Shown piece after piece: positions 37,779-47,725 of a DNA stretch of 64,000 nt. A model generated the notes under the pieces. The model was not told the DNA's origin. It did no database searches and saw only the letters and a list, made by a program, of their open reading frames with translations. Every line of letters begins with the position of its first letter. The stretch's first letter is position 1. A program made the translations under genes and the position numbers. This DNA is from a bacterium (GTDB taxonomy: Bacteria > Bacteroidota > Ignavibacteria > UBA10030): positions 32,001 to 96,000 of the forward strand of contig JAZDJN010000012.1 of NCBI GenBank assembly GCA_043803945.1, given 5' to 3'.

Positions 37779-39199
37779 AACTTGCCGCGACCGACATATT
37801 GAATCTGCCCCACGATCGGGCTGTGGGATTCGAAAAAGGGAAACGTATCGAACTCACAGGGGTTTCTACAGATACCCGTTCCGTGAACAAGGGTGATCTG
37901 TTTATTGCACTCCGCGGTTGCAAATTTGACGGCCACGATTTCCTCACTAAAACAGTAGGATCCGGAGCCCGAGCTGTTGTCGTCGAAAAGAAATGGGCTG
38001 AATTCAATTCCATTCTCCTGTCAAGCCTCTATATTCCCGCTCTCATCGTGGAAAGCACACTTCATACGCTCGGCGATCTCGGGCGGATGATTCGCCGCCG
38101 GTTTGATATCCCGATTTTGGTCGTAGCGGGCAGCAACGGCAAGACAACAACAAAGGATATGATCGCCAATGTGCTCGGGATGAAATATCGGGTGCTGAGT
38201 ACACAAGGAAACCTGAACAATCAGATCGGCGTACCGCAGACACTCTTCCGTTTGGAGGAAGATCATCAGATTGCCGTTATCGAGATTGGCACCAATCACT
38301 TCGGTGAACTTGCTTATCTCTGCACTATCGTCGAACCAACGCATGCGCTGATCACCACAATCGGTCGTGAACACCTCGAATTTTTTGGATCGATCGAAGG
38401 TGTCGCACAGGCGGAAGGCGAAGTTTTTGAATGGTGTAAATCGAATGGGACAACATCGGGATCGGTGTTTGTGAATGCCGACGACCCATTCCTTGCAGAG
38501 CAAGTAAAAAGCATGCGCAAAAAAGTGACTTACGGATTAACAGCCGAGCACCCCGATGTCATGGGAAGAATTCTTACGGTCAACAATCGAGGGTGTGTTA
38601 CCCTCAGGGTAAAACCCACAGGCAAGCGGCCGATCGAAATTGAACTTTCAGTACCCGGACAACACAATGCACTAAATGCTCTTGCGGCAGTCACCGTCGG
38701 ACTAACATTTAAAGTTCCACGAATTAAAATACAGGAAGCCCTGCAGTCGTTCACGGCATCGAGCAAGAGAATGCAGATCGTTACGATGAGAGAAATTACC
38801 GTCATTAACGATACATATAATTCCAATCCCGATTCTGTTCTCGCAGCATTTTCAACATTGAACAGTATCAGTTCGAGCGGGAGGAAAATCGCCGTGTTAG
38901 CCGACATGCTCGAATTAGGAGCGAGGGCTGTTGAAGAACACAGCAAGATCGGTTCGGCAGTCGAAGGGGCGGGAATAGAGTGTCTTCTCACCTTCGGCCC
39001 CCTTTCGAAGAGCACTCATGACGCTGCAACAATTGAACACAAAATTCACTTTAATTCGAAGGCCATGCTGTCCGAGCATCTCGCCGGCCTTGTCGCTCCC
39101 GGCGATGTCGTACTGGTCAAGGGGTCCAATAGCATGAAAATGGAAGAGGTCGTTCTCTTCCTTGCAGAGCATGCAAAAGCTCAGGCGCAGACAGTGTAG
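37775..39199 (+). CDS. murF: UDP-MurNAc-pentapeptide synthetase
   Basis: GSNGKTTTK, NLNNQIGVP, NDTYNSNP, DMLELG, VLVKGS. Confidence 0.97.
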   Translation: MKLAATDILNLPHDRAVGFEKGKRIELTGVSTDTRSVNKGDLFIALRGCKFDGHDFLTKTVGSGARAVVVEKKWAEFNSILLSSLYIPALIVESTLHTLGDLGRMIRRRFDIPILVVAGSNGKTTTKDMIANVLGMKYRVLSTQGNLNNQIGVPQTLFRLEEDHQIAVIEIGTNHFGELAYLCTIVEPTHALITTIGREHLEFFGSIEGVAQAEGEVFEWCKSNGTTSGSVFVNADDPFLAEQVKSMRKKVTYGLTAEHPDVMGRILTVNNRGCVTLRVKPTGKRPIEIELSVPGQHNALNALAAVTVGLTFKVPRIKIQEALQSFTASSKRMQIVTMREITVINDTYNSNPDSVLAAFSTLNSISSSGRKIAVLADMLELGARAVEEHSKIGSAVEGAGIECLLTFGPLSKSTHDAATIEHKIHFNSKAMLSEHLAGLVAPGDVVLVKGSNSMKMEEVVLFLAEHAKAQAQTV

Positions 39200-39213
39200 G
39201 AAGGGATCATTCG

Positions 39214-40338
39214 GTGCTCTATTACCTCTTAACATATCTTGACAAGCATTTTCATCCTCCCGGATTCGGTCTTTTCAAATATATTACCTTTCGGGCCGGA
39301 GCCGCTGCAGTAACCGCTCTTATTATTGCCTTTTGGATTGGACCAAAGATCATTCGGATGTTGAAGGCACATCAGATCGGCGAAGCGGCAAAACTTGAAG
39401 CTCCGAAAACGCATTTGAGCAAAGCCGGTACACCAACCATGGGCGGATTGATCGTTCTGGCCTCGCTCCTTATTCCAGTACTTCTCTGGGCAGACATCCT
39501 CAATGGCTATATCATCTTAATTGTGTTTGTGACAACCACACTCGGTGCAGTCGGATTCCTTGACGATTATCTCAAGGTGGTTAAGAAAAAACCAAAAGGA
39601 TTAATCGCCCGATATAAAGTTGTCGGACAGGTATTTGTCGGATTGGTCCTGGGATATATCGTCTACTTCCATCCCGAGTGGATTCACTCATCGCTCGTTC
39701 AGGTGAGTTCAAAAACCACGGTTCCGTTTTTCAAGAACCTCGAGATCAATTTTGGAATTCTGTATATCCCGCTGGTCATCTTCATTATTATAGCAACGTC
39801 GAACGGAGTGAATCTGACCGATGGATTGGATGGATTAGCGATTGGAACGGTAGGCATTGCCGGCTTCACCCTGGCAATCATCGCCTATGCTTCGGGTCAT
39901 GCAACTTGGAGCCGGTATCTTACAATTCCCCATCTGTTAGGTAATGGCGAACTGGCAATTTTCTGTGCCGCCCTGGTGGGAGCGGCATTGGGATTCCTCT
40001 GGTTTAACAGTTACCCGGCACAGGTCTTCATGGGAGATACCGGCTCCCTGGCACTCGGGGGTATCATCGGCGCTATGTGTGTCCTGATCAAACAGGAATT
40101 TCTGCTGCCGGTGCTCGGCGGAATCTTCGTAATGGAAACGGCATCGGTCATCATTCAACGGACCTATTTCAAGTACACGAAAAAGAAATGCGGCGAAGGG
40201 CGCCGTGTCTTCCGTATGGCGCCAATTCATCATCACTTTGAATTGCTCGGTTGGCCTGAGCCTAAAATTGTGACACGATTCTACATCATTGCAATACTCC
40301 TGATGATTATCAGTTTGGCTACGTTAAAAATACGATAG
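39214..40338 (+). CDS. mraY: Phospho-MurNAc-pentapeptide transferase
   Basis: KAGTPTMGG, GFLDDY, NLTDGLDGLA, FMGDTGSL, MAPIHHHFE. Confidence 0.98.
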   Translation: MLYYLLTYLDKHFHPPGFGLFKYITFRAGAAAVTALIIAFWIGPKIIRMLKAHQIGEAAKLEAPKTHLSKAGTPTMGGLIVLASLLIPVLLWADILNGYIILIVFVTTTLGAVGFLDDYLKVVKKKPKGLIARYKVVGQVFVGLVLGYIVYFHPEWIHSSLVQVSSKTTVPFFKNLEINFGILYIPLVIFIIIATSNGVNLTDGLDGLAIGTVGIAGFTLAIIAYASGHATWSRYLTIPHLLGNGELAIFCAALVGAALGFLWFNSYPAQVFMGDTGSLALGGIIGAMCVLIKQEFLLPVLGGIFVMETASVIIQRTYFKYTKKKCGEGRRVFRMAPIHHHFELLGWPEPKIVTRFYIIAILLMIISLATLKIR

Positions 40339-40354
40339 GAAAACGGATTCACGA

Positions 40355-41713
40355 ATGCATAGTGCAGAACTACACGATCAACCGGTAAGTATCATTGGCG
40401 GTGCTCGCAGCGGAGTCGCTGTTGCGAAGCTGCTCCGGTCGCATGGGGCAATCCCCTTTCTGAGCGATGCACAATCATCCGAGAAGCTTCGCGGGAACAT
40501 TCCGGAATTGGAACATGCCCGTATCGCCTATGAACTTGGCGGCCATACAGAACGGGTATATCAGTGTTCGCTGATGGTGATCAGCCCCGGCGTTCCCAGT
40601 ACAGCGCCCGTCGTTGTCGAAGCACTGAAGCGTGGAATAACTGTTGCAAGCGAAGTTGAGACAGCAAGCTGGTATTGTTCTTCCCCCATCATTGCCATCA
40701 CCGGCAGCAATGGAAAGACAACAACAACGACCCTCATAGGCCGGATGATGGGCGATGCCCGCAAGGGTCATCGGGTAGCTGGAAATATTGGGACCGCGTT
40801 TTCTTCAATTGTCGGCGATCTCCAACCCGGCGATGCGGCCATACTGGAGATCAGCAGTTTTCAGCTTGATCATTGCTCGACATTCAAGGCGCTCATTTCG
40901 GTGCTATTAAATATCACTCAGAATCATATGGATCGGTACAACAATTCAATGCAACAATATGCCGAATCCAAAGCAAGAATTTTCATGAACCAATCGGGAT
41001 CCGATGTGGTGATTTATAACAGTGATGATGAATGGATCATGCAGATGATTCAGCGTGCAAGATGCAAAACTATCGGATTCAGCATCAGGCAGCCGCTTGA
41101 AGAAGGGGCTTTTGTAGAAAATGGTATGCTCGTTACTTCCTTTAATGGAAAACGAAATGAAATCATTAATACTCATGAAATCAGCATCAAAGGACCACAC
41201 AATCTTTATAACGCCATGGCATCAACATTGACAGCACAACTGATGGGCGTTCACCCGGCGTCGATTCGGGCCACGCTCAGGAATTTCAAAGGGGTTGAAC
41301 ATCGCCAGGAATTTGTCCGTGAAGTAAATGGAGTCAAATACTATAACGACTCAAAAGCGACGAGTATCGACGCCGTATGGTACGCACTCCAGGCATTTAA
41401 CCAGCCAATCATTCTGATGTTAGGCGGGCGTGATAAAGGGAATGATTATCGCCGCATTGCCCAGCTTGTTCAGGAGCACGTCCGTGCCATCGTTGCCTTG
41501 GGTGAATCGGCCGGCAAGGTTGAAGAAGCATTTTCTTCGCTCAAACCGGTAAAGAAGGCATCTTCGATTGACGAAGCGGTACTGCTTGCTCAAAGTCTGG
41601 CACTGAAGGGCGATGTCGTGTTACTCTCACCGGCATGTGCATCCTTTGACTGGTTTGAGAATTATGAACAGCGTGGAAGAGTATTTAAAGAACTTGTGAA
41701 AAATCTGGAATGA
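40355..41713 (+). CDS. murD: UDP-MurNAc-L-Ala-D-Glu ligase
   Basis: SPGVP, ITGSNGKTTT, EISSFQL, NDSKAT, LSPACASFD. Confidence 0.98.
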   Translation: MHSAELHDQPVSIIGGARSGVAVAKLLRSHGAIPFLSDAQSSEKLRGNIPELEHARIAYELGGHTERVYQCSLMVISPGVPSTAPVVVEALKRGITVASEVETASWYCSSPIIAITGSNGKTTTTTLIGRMMGDARKGHRVAGNIGTAFSSIVGDLQPGDAAILEISSFQLDHCSTFKALISVLLNITQNHMDRYNNSMQQYAESKARIFMNQSGSDVVIYNSDDEWIMQMIQRARCKTIGFSIRQPLEEGAFVENGMLVTSFNGKRNEIINTHEISIKGPHNLYNAMASTLTAQLMGVHPASIRATLRNFKGVEHRQEFVREVNGVKYYNDSKATSIDAVWYALQAFNQPIILMLGGRDKGNDYRRIAQLVQEHVRAIVALGESAGKVEEAFSSLKPVKKASSIDEAVLLAQSLALKGDVVLLSPACASFDWFENYEQRGRVFKELVKNLE

Positions 41714-42876
41714 CAAAATCCCAGCGCAACCATATTGACCTGGTAACTCTGGTCGCCGTACTGATCCTGATGGTGCTGAGCCTCGGTGTTGTCTATAGCG
41801 CCTCCGCAACATGGGCGCTGGAAAAACTCGGCGATAGCAGCCGGCTGCTCAATCGCCATATTCTCAAAGTCCTTCTTGGCTTGGTCGCGCTCTTTGCCGG
41901 CATGATGTTGAATTATAACAAGTATAAGAAATTTACTAAAATCGCGCTCATCGCCGCTATTGCCCTGCTTGTCATAACGCTTATCCTGGGCGGCGAAGTG
42001 AAGGGAGCAACACGATGGTTGAAGCTTGGCGGTTTGAGTATCCAGCCGTCGGAATTTGCCAAATTTGCGCTGCTGTTTCACTTATGCACACTCATCGCTT
42101 CCAAAGGTGAGATGATCAAGAATCTAAAGAAGGGTTACCTTCCTATGCTCATCTGGATTGGGATAGTAACCGGCCTGGTTCTCCTTCAGCCAAATTTCAG
42201 CACCGGCTCGATGATCATCCTGATCAGCGTCGTGATGTTGTACATCAGCCGTGCACGGATCAACCATCTCATCCTCACAGGACTCGTTGGAATCGTGCTC
42301 CTTGTTGCAGTGGCCTACACACATCCTCACGTGATGAAGAGAATTGACACCTATATACACGGAGGCACCGGCGAGAGCGGCAGCAACTATCAGCTTACCC
42401 AGGGAATTATTGGCTTTGGGAATGGCGGTATTTTCGGTGTGGGGCCCGGCGAGAGCAAGCAACGCGATTTTTTTCTGCCCGAATCGTATGGCGATTTTGT
42501 GTTCTCCATTGTTGGCGAGGAATATGGTGTTCTCGGGACCATGTTTTTTATGACATTGTTCCTCATCATTATGCTGCGAGGGTTTAAGATTGCAAAGTCT
42601 GCGCGGGATGAATTCGGCCGGCTGCTCGCTGTTGGGATCACAAGCGTGATTACGCTGTATGCCCTGGTCAACGCGGGCGTCACGCTCGGTGTGCTGCCCA
42701 CAACAGGACTGCCGATGCCATTTGTCAGTTACGGCGGATCGTCGCTGCTCTTTACTTCGTTCGCAGTAGGCGTGCTGCTCAATATTTCATCTCAGACCGA
42801 TATGCACCCGCGGCGAACGGTCGAAGAACCCGGTCCGGTCATTGCATCCGAAGACCAGACGGCAAAAGTATATTAG
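41710..42876 (+). CDS. ftsW: SEDS peptidoglycan polymerase FtsW
   Basis: GATRW, QPSEFAK, LPE..DF, PTTGLPMPFVSYGGSS. Confidence 0.97.
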   Translation: MTKSQRNHIDLVTLVAVLILMVLSLGVVYSASATWALEKLGDSSRLLNRHILKVLLGLVALFAGMMLNYNKYKKFTKIALIAAIALLVITLILGGEVKGATRWLKLGGLSIQPSEFAKFALLFHLCTLIASKGEMIKNLKKGYLPMLIWIGIVTGLVLLQPNFSTGSMIILISVVMLYISRARINHLILTGLVGIVLLVAVAYTHPHVMKRIDTYIHGGTGESGSNYQLTQGIIGFGNGGIFGVGPGESKQRDFFLPESYGDFVFSIVGEEYGVLGTMFFMTLFLIIMLRGFKIAKSARDEFGRLLAVGITSVITLYALVNAGVTLGVLPTTGLPMPFVSYGGSSLLFTSFAVGVLLNISSQTDMHPRRTVEEPGPVIASEDQTAKVY

Positions 42877-42884
42877 GAATCCAT

Positions 42885-43985
42885 GTGTCGAGGACAGAAC
42901 CGAGGATACTGATTGCGGCGGGGGGAACAGGAGGGCATCTGTTCCCGGCTCTTGCAATCGCCGATGAACTAAAACGAATGAGACCATCGGCAGAGATTTT
43001 GTTCGTCGGCACTAAAGAAAAAATTGAAACCAGGATCGTTCCCCAGCGCGGGTATGCATTTCAAACGATCTGGATTAGTGGGCTTCACAGAAGGCTGACG
43101 ATCGAGAATCTTCTGTTTCCACTGAAGGTCTGTGTGTCGTTGCTGCAATCGTTCTTTCTCATACGCCGCTTTCAACCGCATGCCGTCATCGGTACTGGAG
43201 GGTATGTCTGCGGACCGGTTTTGTATGTTGCATCGCTTATAAATATCCCGGTCTTCATCCATGAATCCAATAGTTTTCCCGGTGTTACAACCCGGATGCT
43301 TGCCGGACGGGCTGAGCGAGTATACATCGCCTTTGAGGTATCGAAACGATGGCTGAAACGAACCGATCATGTTGAACTTGTGGGAACACCGACGCGGGAA
43401 AGCCTCGGTACAATTCCTGCTGCCGAGGGGCGAAAGTTTTTTCAACTCGATCCCGCCAGGAAAACAGTTCTTGTCATGGGCGGATCGCTTGGTGCCGCCT
43501 CAATTAATACTGCCGTTCTTGATATGCTTGATACAGTCATTGCGGCGGACATACAATTAATTTGGCAGACCGGCAAAGCAGATTTCGAGAGGATTAAGTC
43601 GGTCGTTGGAGAAAAGCGGTTCGCGTGGCTCGGGCCGTTTATTGATACAATGGAATATGCGCTCGGCGCAGCCGATGTTGTTGTGTGCAGAGCCGGTGCG
43701 ACAACGATTGCTGAACTGACTCGGACGGGAAAGCCGGCGATTCTAATTCCCTACCCGCACGCAGCGGCTGATCATCAGACACATAATGCACAATCGTTGG
43801 TGGATGCCGGAGCAGCGCTGATGATAGCCGATACTGAGGTTCGAAGCAAACTCGGTACCGCAGTGCTGCAATTGGTGAACGATCAAAACAGGTTAAGCGA
43901 CATGAGTACGGCAGCTACCCGATTCGGGAGGCCAAAGGCGGCAACAACGATTGCAGAACAAATTCTTAAAGCTATTCAAGAGTAG
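42885..43985 (+). CDS. murG: Lipid II GlcNAc transferase
   Basis: GGTGGHLFP, GGYV, HESN, GGSLGA, RAGATT. Confidence 0.98.
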   Translation: MSRTEPRILIAAGGTGGHLFPALAIADELKRMRPSAEILFVGTKEKIETRIVPQRGYAFQTIWISGLHRRLTIENLLFPLKVCVSLLQSFFLIRRFQPHAVIGTGGYVCGPVLYVASLINIPVFIHESNSFPGVTTRMLAGRAERVYIAFEVSKRWLKRTDHVELVGTPTRESLGTIPAAEGRKFFQLDPARKTVLVMGGSLGAASINTAVLDMLDTVIAADIQLIWQTGKADFERIKSVVGEKRFAWLGPFIDTMEYALGAADVVVCRAGATTIAELTRTGKPAILIPYPHAAADHQTHNAQSLVDAGAALMIADTEVRSKLGTAVLQLVNDQNRLSDMSTAATRFGRPKAATTIAEQILKAIQE

Positions 43986-43986
43986 A

Positions 43987-44484
43987 ATGGTGGAGAAAGT
44001 TTTTAAATATAAACTCGACTTTTACTACATGCAGTCATTATCGTACCTGCTTGTATTTTTTCTCTATGCGGGAGTGAAAGGAAGTTTCTTTGAGGATCAT
44101 TTCATGTTCGTCTTCAAAGACCCGATTGTGTACATCATGAGTTTCTTTGTCGTGATATCGCTGGCAACGCTCCTTCTGAATCTGTTCCGGAACAGGAACT
44201 TGGTGATCACTGAGGACCGTATAACCTTTCGCTCGAGAAAGAAAGAGCGCCAGATCAAGATTGCAGACATTGAGTGGATGTATATTGGCCGCGAGGCTCT
44301 TGTGCAAACGGCGGGACGTTTTCAAATGATCATCCTGAAAAGAAAGAGCCGCCGCCGATTAATCAGGATACGCGTTGGCCGATATGAACACAGTCATGAA
44401 CTCATTGCTGAAATGGAGCGTATTGCCCAGCATGTGCCGAAGGGAACAATGAAATCTTTTGGGATGAGAAGAAGAAAGCCCTGA
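43987..44484 (+). CDS. Hypothetical 2-TM protein with a basic PH-like cytoplasmic domain
   Basis: ATG 1 bp after the murG stop. Two hydrophobic helices, then LVITEDRITF...I.IADI.. Confidence 0.7.
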   Translation: MVEKVFKYKLDFYYMQSLSYLLVFFLYAGVKGSFFEDHFMFVFKDPIVYIMSFFVVISLATLLLNLFRNRNLVITEDRITFRSRKKERQIKIADIEWMYIGREALVQTAGRFQMIILKRKSRRRLIRIRVGRYEHSHELIAEMERIAQHVPKGTMKSFGMRRRKP

Positions 44485-44605
44485 CGAGCTTCGAGGGCAA
44501 GGGCTGAATACCCGTCAGTACACGATGCCTTGATGTGGAAACAGGCAGTATGAAGAATCAATGAATCATAATTCTTTGAAGACGATCTAAGAACACATAA
44601 CAGTT

Positions 44606-45985
44606 ATGTTCTCCTCTATTAAAAAAATACATTTTGTCGGGATTGGCGGAATCGGCATGAGCGGTATCGCCGAGATCCTCATCGATCAGGGATTCAACGT
44701 GAGCGGCTCCGACCGCAGCCTTTCCGAAGTCACCGAGCGCCTCCAACTGCTCGGGGCAACCATCGTTGAGGGCCACAAACCGGAAAACATTGCCGATGAT
44801 GTTGACGCTCTTGTGTATTCTTCAGCTGTCTCCTTTGATAATCCGGAGGTCATCGAGGCCCAGAGGCGAAAGATTCCCATCATTCGGCGTGCCGAGATGC
44901 TGGCCGAGGTAATGCGGTTGAAATATGGCATCGGGATCGCGGGCACACACGGCAAGACAACAACAACCTCGATGATCAGCCTTGTCCTGATGGAGGGGAA
45001 TCTCGATCCCACGGTCATCGTCGGAGGCAAGTTAAGCGGGCTTGGCGGTACGAACGCCCGCCTTGGCCGCGGTGAGTTCATTGTCGTCGAGGCAGACGAG
45101 TTTGATCGCTCGTTCCTTTCCATCACTCCAACGATTGCCGTCTTGACGACGTTAGAGACTGATCATCTCGATTGCTACCGCGATCTGGAGGATATTAAAG
45201 GAGCCTTTGTTCAATTTGCGTCAAAGGTTCCCTTCTATGGCTTTGTTGTCCTATGCCTTGATGAACCTGCGCTGCTCGATATCATGCCGCAGTTCAATAA
45301 GAAAAAGCTTCTCACCTATGGATTGAATCCGCAGGCCGATGTACAGGCGGTCGATATCCGGCACAAAGATAACACATCGACATTCACGGTAACGCGGAAC
45401 AGGAACGACCTTGGTGAGATACTCCTTCAGGTTCCGGGAAAACACAACGTCCAGAATGCTCTTGCGGCAATCGCAGTCGGGCTTGATCTCGGTATTCCGT
45501 TTGAGAAGGTCAAGGCAGGGATAGAAAAATTTTCGGGTGTTTATCGCCGCTGGGAGAAAAAAGGCGAAGTCAACGGTATCACACTGTACGACGATTATGC
45601 CCATCACCCAACGGAATGCAGAGCAACGCTCTCCGGCGTAAAGTCGGGCTGGCGGCGGCGCGTAGTATGCGTGTTTCAGCCGCATCTCTATTCGCGAACA
45701 CGCGATTTTTATGAGGAGTTTGGCAAATCGTTTTTGCTTTCTGACGTGCTGGTGGTAACCAATGTGTATCCTGCGCGGGAAGAGCCGATCCAGGGAATCA
45801 CCGGTGAGTTGATAGCGAATGCGGCAAAGAAATTCGGGCACAAGGAAGTGCATTACATACCGGAGAAGCTCAAGATTCCCAATTTTCTCACAACAATTGT
45901 GAAACCCGGTGATATTGTCATCACCATGGGAGCTGGTGATATCTGGAAGTATGGAGAAAAATTTTTAACCCTCTTGGAAGCATAA
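44606..45985 (+). CDS. murC: UDP-MurNAc-L-alanine ligase
   Basis: GIGGIGMSGIA, GTHGKTTT, EADEFD, DDYAHHPTE, FQPH.YSRT. Confidence 0.98.
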   Translation: MFSSIKKIHFVGIGGIGMSGIAEILIDQGFNVSGSDRSLSEVTERLQLLGATIVEGHKPENIADDVDALVYSSAVSFDNPEVIEAQRRKIPIIRRAEMLAEVMRLKYGIGIAGTHGKTTTTSMISLVLMEGNLDPTVIVGGKLSGLGGTNARLGRGEFIVVEADEFDRSFLSITPTIAVLTTLETDHLDCYRDLEDIKGAFVQFASKVPFYGFVVLCLDEPALLDIMPQFNKKKLLTYGLNPQADVQAVDIRHKDNTSTFTVTRNRNDLGEILLQVPGKHNVQNALAAIAVGLDLGIPFEKVKAGIEKFSGVYRRWEKKGEVNGITLYDDYAHHPTECRATLSGVKSGWRRRVVCVFQPHLYSRTRDFYEEFGKSFLLSDVLVVTNVYPAREEPIQGITGELIANAAKKFGHKEVHYIPEKLKIPNFLTTIVKPGDIVITMGAGDIWKYGEKFLTLLEA

Positions 45986-45995
45986 AGTATCGGGC

Positions 45996-46913
45996 ATGGT
46001 TTCGTTAATCGACATACAACAATTTTTCCGCGGGAACATTGCCCTCAATGAGCCGATGGAAAAATACACCACCATGCGGGTTGGGGGTCCGGCAGATTAC
46101 TATCTGGAGCCGGTCGACAAACATGATCTGGCCGAACTTGTCAAATATTTTCAGAATCACTCCTTCCCTTTCATGGCGCTGGGAAGAGGAAGCAACATTG
46201 TGTTTAGCGATGAAGGATATCGCGGAGCTGTTATGAATCTCGAATCCCCCCTCTCGTCCCTCCGCTTGGAGGGGGAGATTGTCATTGCGGAAGCCGGCGC
46301 GCCATTGACCCGCTTTGTTGATTTTTGTATCCAGAACGGATTTTCCGGCGTTGAAATGCTTGCCGGTATTCCGGGTACCGTTGGCGGTGCCGTGATTATG
46401 AATGCCGGTGCGTATGGCGGAGAGATCTCCAATTATCTTGTCGATGTCGAAGTGATCCGCAACGGCCAGCTTCAGTGCGTCAAAAAAGAAGAGGGGCAGT
46501 TTGTCTACCGGAATTCGGGCTTTGTCCATGATATTGTCCTGTGTGCAACATTCAAGCTGCCGCAGGGGAAAAAGGAAGCTCTTCTGGAACGCCGTCGCGA
46601 ATTGATCTTGAAGCGGAATGCAAATCATCCGCTGAATTACCCTAACTCCGGGAGTATGTTTAAGAATCCACCGGGTAATCCTGCTGCAAAACTGATTGAG
46701 AGCGTCGGGCTTAAAGGAAAACGGGTTGGCAATGCTCAGATTTCTGAAAAGCATGCGAACTTTATCGTTAATCTTGGCGGTGCCAAAGCGGCAGACATTA
46801 TCACGCTGCTGGAACTCGCACGGCGCTCGGTGTACCAGCACAGCGGTATTCTCCTGGAGATCGAAGTGAAGCTCATAGGATTCTCCGAAGAAGTGAGGAA
46901 GCGGATCGCATGA
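45996..46913 (+). CDS. murB: UDP-N-acetylenolpyruvoylglucosamine reductase
   Basis: GGPA, GRGSN, GIPGTVGGA..MNAGAYG, GSMFKNP, KHANF. Confidence 0.98.
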   Translation: MVSLIDIQQFFRGNIALNEPMEKYTTMRVGGPADYYLEPVDKHDLAELVKYFQNHSFPFMALGRGSNIVFSDEGYRGAVMNLESPLSSLRLEGEIVIAEAGAPLTRFVDFCIQNGFSGVEMLAGIPGTVGGAVIMNAGAYGGEISNYLVDVEVIRNGQLQCVKKEEGQFVYRNSGFVHDIVLCATFKLPQGKKEALLERRRELILKRNANHPLNYPNSGSMFKNPPGNPAAKLIESVGLKGKRVGNAQISEKHANFIVNLGGAKAADIITLLELARRSVYQHSGILLEIEVKLIGFSEEVRKRIA

Positions 46914-47656
46914 GCACATCGCGATCCATAAAGTTCGGTATGCTGGGATTGCTTATGGCGGCCATCGGTCTCATCGCATGGGCAAATACCTGGCGAACCA
47001 GCCTGAAGGTAAAGCGAATAACAATTGAAGGGGCGCGGATCGTCGGCAACCAGGAGATCATCAAGCTCGCTCACATCGACCGGAGCATGCAATTACAGGA
47101 TATCGATCTGACAGTCGTACGGAAAAATATTCTCACGCATCACTTCATCAAAGAGGCGGTTGTTCAGCGTGATCTACCCGCAACGTTGATAGTGAGTATT
47201 ACTGAGCGGGTCCCGCTGGCAATTATCAATGCCGGTGAATTGCTCTACCTCGATGAGGAGGGCGTAGTGTTACCGCATTCTATTTCAAAACACATTTTTG
47301 ATTTGCCGGTGTTGAGCGGCATCCCGGACAATTTAGCCGTTGCACCGGGAAAGACAGTAAAGACTGATGATCTTCTGGAGGCGCTCCACATTCTTGCAAC
47401 ATGCAAGCTGGTGAATAAAGAGCTATACCATATGATTTCAGAAGTACACCTGCGCGACGGCGGCGACATCGTTCTCTATACAGCCGATCGTGGAGTGCCG
47501 ATTATCTTCGGTCGCGGAGAAGTTGTCGACAAGTTGGTTCGGCTTGAATCATTCTGGAACAGTGTGGTGCTGACGCAGGGTTCGGAGAATTTAGAATATG
47601 TCGATCTGCGCTACGCCGACCAGGTTGTCGTTCGTTGGAGAGGAAAACAAGGATAA
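46910..47656 (+). CDS. ftsQ: Cell division protein FtsQ/DivIB
   Basis: TM, POTRA region, ITERVP.A, YVDLRY..QVVV. Confidence 0.92.
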   Translation: MSTSRSIKFGMLGLLMAAIGLIAWANTWRTSLKVKRITIEGARIVGNQEIIKLAHIDRSMQLQDIDLTVVRKNILTHHFIKEAVVQRDLPATLIVSITERVPLAIINAGELLYLDEEGVVLPHSISKHIFDLPVLSGIPDNLAVAPGKTVKTDDLLEALHILATCKLVNKELYHMISEVHLRDGGDIVLYTADRGVPIIFGRGEVVDKLVRLESFWNSVVLTQGSENLEYVDLRYADQVVVRWRGKQG

Positions 47657-47725
47657 GAGCAGGCCATTACCTGGGCAAATGGACTGCACTCAGATGAGAT
47701 AATTAACCCAGGAGAGAGATAAATC

